A DNA stretch of 64,000 nucleotides, taken from assembly GCA_976551045.1 (NCBI GenBank), contig CDPCPM010000281.1, positions 9,672,001 to 9,736,000 on the forward strand. Reading direction: 5' to 3'. Source of the DNA: Glaucostegus cemiculus (lineage: Eukaryota). The notes beneath the pieces are model-generated. The model was not told the origin of the DNA. It ran no database searches and saw only the letters and a list, made by a program, of their open reading frames with translations. The translations under genes and the position numbers were made by a program. Below are positions 62,421 to 64,000 of this stretch, in pieces; the first letter of the stretch is position 1; each line of letters begins with the position of its first letter.

Positions 62421-64000
62421 TAAGAGGTGTATTGTAGCATCTTTATTGCTGAATAGCTTAGACCCTCCAACTCAATAAGATCCACTCAGTGCATTTACCA
62501 AAAAAAATCTGTTGTGTATTGCTTTTAATATTTAAACAAATTAGACACTCCCCACCCTGCAGGGGGAAAGGAAGTGTATCACATTTGTGTTTTTAATATG
62601 GAAATTCTGTATCAGACCTCAACAGACTCAACTTTGAATCTCACAGCTTATAAGATTTGCTGTGATATTTTGATAGATCTCTTTCTTGTTCTGTGTTCTG
62701 AGGGCTGAAATGTCACCAGGGAAGAGATGAATATATTTCCCAGTGATGGCATAGTGCATCTCAAAGCTTTCTGGACTGGGAAACACCAATACTTTCAGCA
62801 ATGACAAACAAGTGAAGCTCCAAGACTGAGGGAGTCTCCTGCTGTGTGCTTGGCAATTTAGAGATTAACAACAACTCTGTATGCACTGACTGTAACAGTA
62901 CAAGGCTTCAAAGCCACAAAAGTAGGAAGCAGTCATTTAGCTGGCAATGAGTGAACTTGAGTATGTTATTTATGACAAACATATTCAAATTATATTTCTG
63001 AAAATCCAGTTTATCATTTGCTGGACAGATAATCAAATATCCCTTTATAAGTCAATGTCAACTTAAATAATATTCAGTTCAGCTAATCCATTAACTTGCT
63101 GCAAATAGTTTATTCTCCTCTGATATTATACATGTGGATTTAGTGACAAATGCAGTGTTTTGGAGAGGTGGGTAAAAAAGCAAGGACAGTCTGACAGTAG
63201 TCGAGTATACTGTATTTTTATATGTAATCCATTGGTCTGCCATGGAAGTGAAATACACAGGATCCAACTGTGTATAAGAATAGAAATATTACTAGAGCTG
63301 AAGGATAATGTAATTTAATTGATGTTGCCTTTGAGTGAGGCTATGGCATTTAAGTTAAGAAGGTCTCTTCTCATTATCTCATTCCACTCTTTGGTCCTTA
63401 TAAGGCAGTCTGTCTGAGATGTTACCTCAGTCTCCACCATAGAAAGGACTTTACTGTAGATACTTCTGAGGTTTCTCACAGAAGTTAATCTAAAGTGAAA
63501 CACTGTGGGATAATCAGTGGTGGTGTATTTTTCTCTGAAGATCTTAATGTTTCCAAAAATAACCGTCTGAGAAATTGTTTTGTTCTCTGTGTTCCCAAGT
63601 GCATTCCCCATCCCAAAACCAACCACTTGCCTCCAAATACCTCCTGCTTGGTAGATGTTTGGCATTGGGTCAGGACCCTTGCTGGAACGTGTGGTGTGAA
63701 TGTCTTGTTGTAGGTGTCTGGGGCTTGTTGTTCTTCCACCTATGTCGGCTCCTTTTTATGATCCTCTACTTAACCTTGGATAAGTCTGAGAGTCCCAGAG
63801 ATCATTGCCCCAGTACACATCTGGTCACCACCAATTCCACTTGTTATCAAGGAGAAGGAGTGACGGATATTGGAGAGTCAGTCAGGGAATGAAATAGATA
63901 AAATACATGAAAGAAGATGGATGTGTTACCAATGGATTACTAGGTTGAAAGGGCGCAAAATATAAAATAATGTGGAGTAGAATTTAGCCACTACGGAAAT

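Overview
This is vertebrate genomic DNA, not prokaryotic. The repeat content (HE1-type V-SINEs, CR1/HER1-type LINEs, Deu-domain SINEs, Penelope remnants) points to a cartilaginous fish, probably a ray or shark. The only host coding sequence I can support is a 49-nt exon at 28188-28236 (+), VSDATSEKLFNTTTSK, which the ORF track misses. It matches the short SEKLF exon of the AUTS2/FBRSL1/FBRS family, best AUTS2. The rest of the window therefore looks like two very large introns (>28 kb upstream, >35 kb downstream). These hold decayed retroelements (CR1, L2, Rex1/Babar, RTE, Tx1, Vingi-like, Penelope, several SINE families), repeat-free blocks rich in homeodomain/TALE motifs (candidate enhancers), and a 183-N assembly gap. 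Almost all listed ORFs are spurious or transposon debris. I see no new multi-gene system. The most unusual structures are: (i) a young CR1 carrying a snap-back hairpin plus an 84-bp templated copy of DNA lying 701 bp downstream; (ii) a 31-bp minisatellite that places ten intact CCAAT boxes in helical phase; (iii) a V-SINE family whose tail resembles Rex1 rather than CR1; (iv) a 371-bp degenerate fold-back element; (v) Penelope-derived hairpins with decayed hammerhead ribozyme cores. Family names come from recalled motifs, not database searches, and the boundaries of old repeats are approximate.
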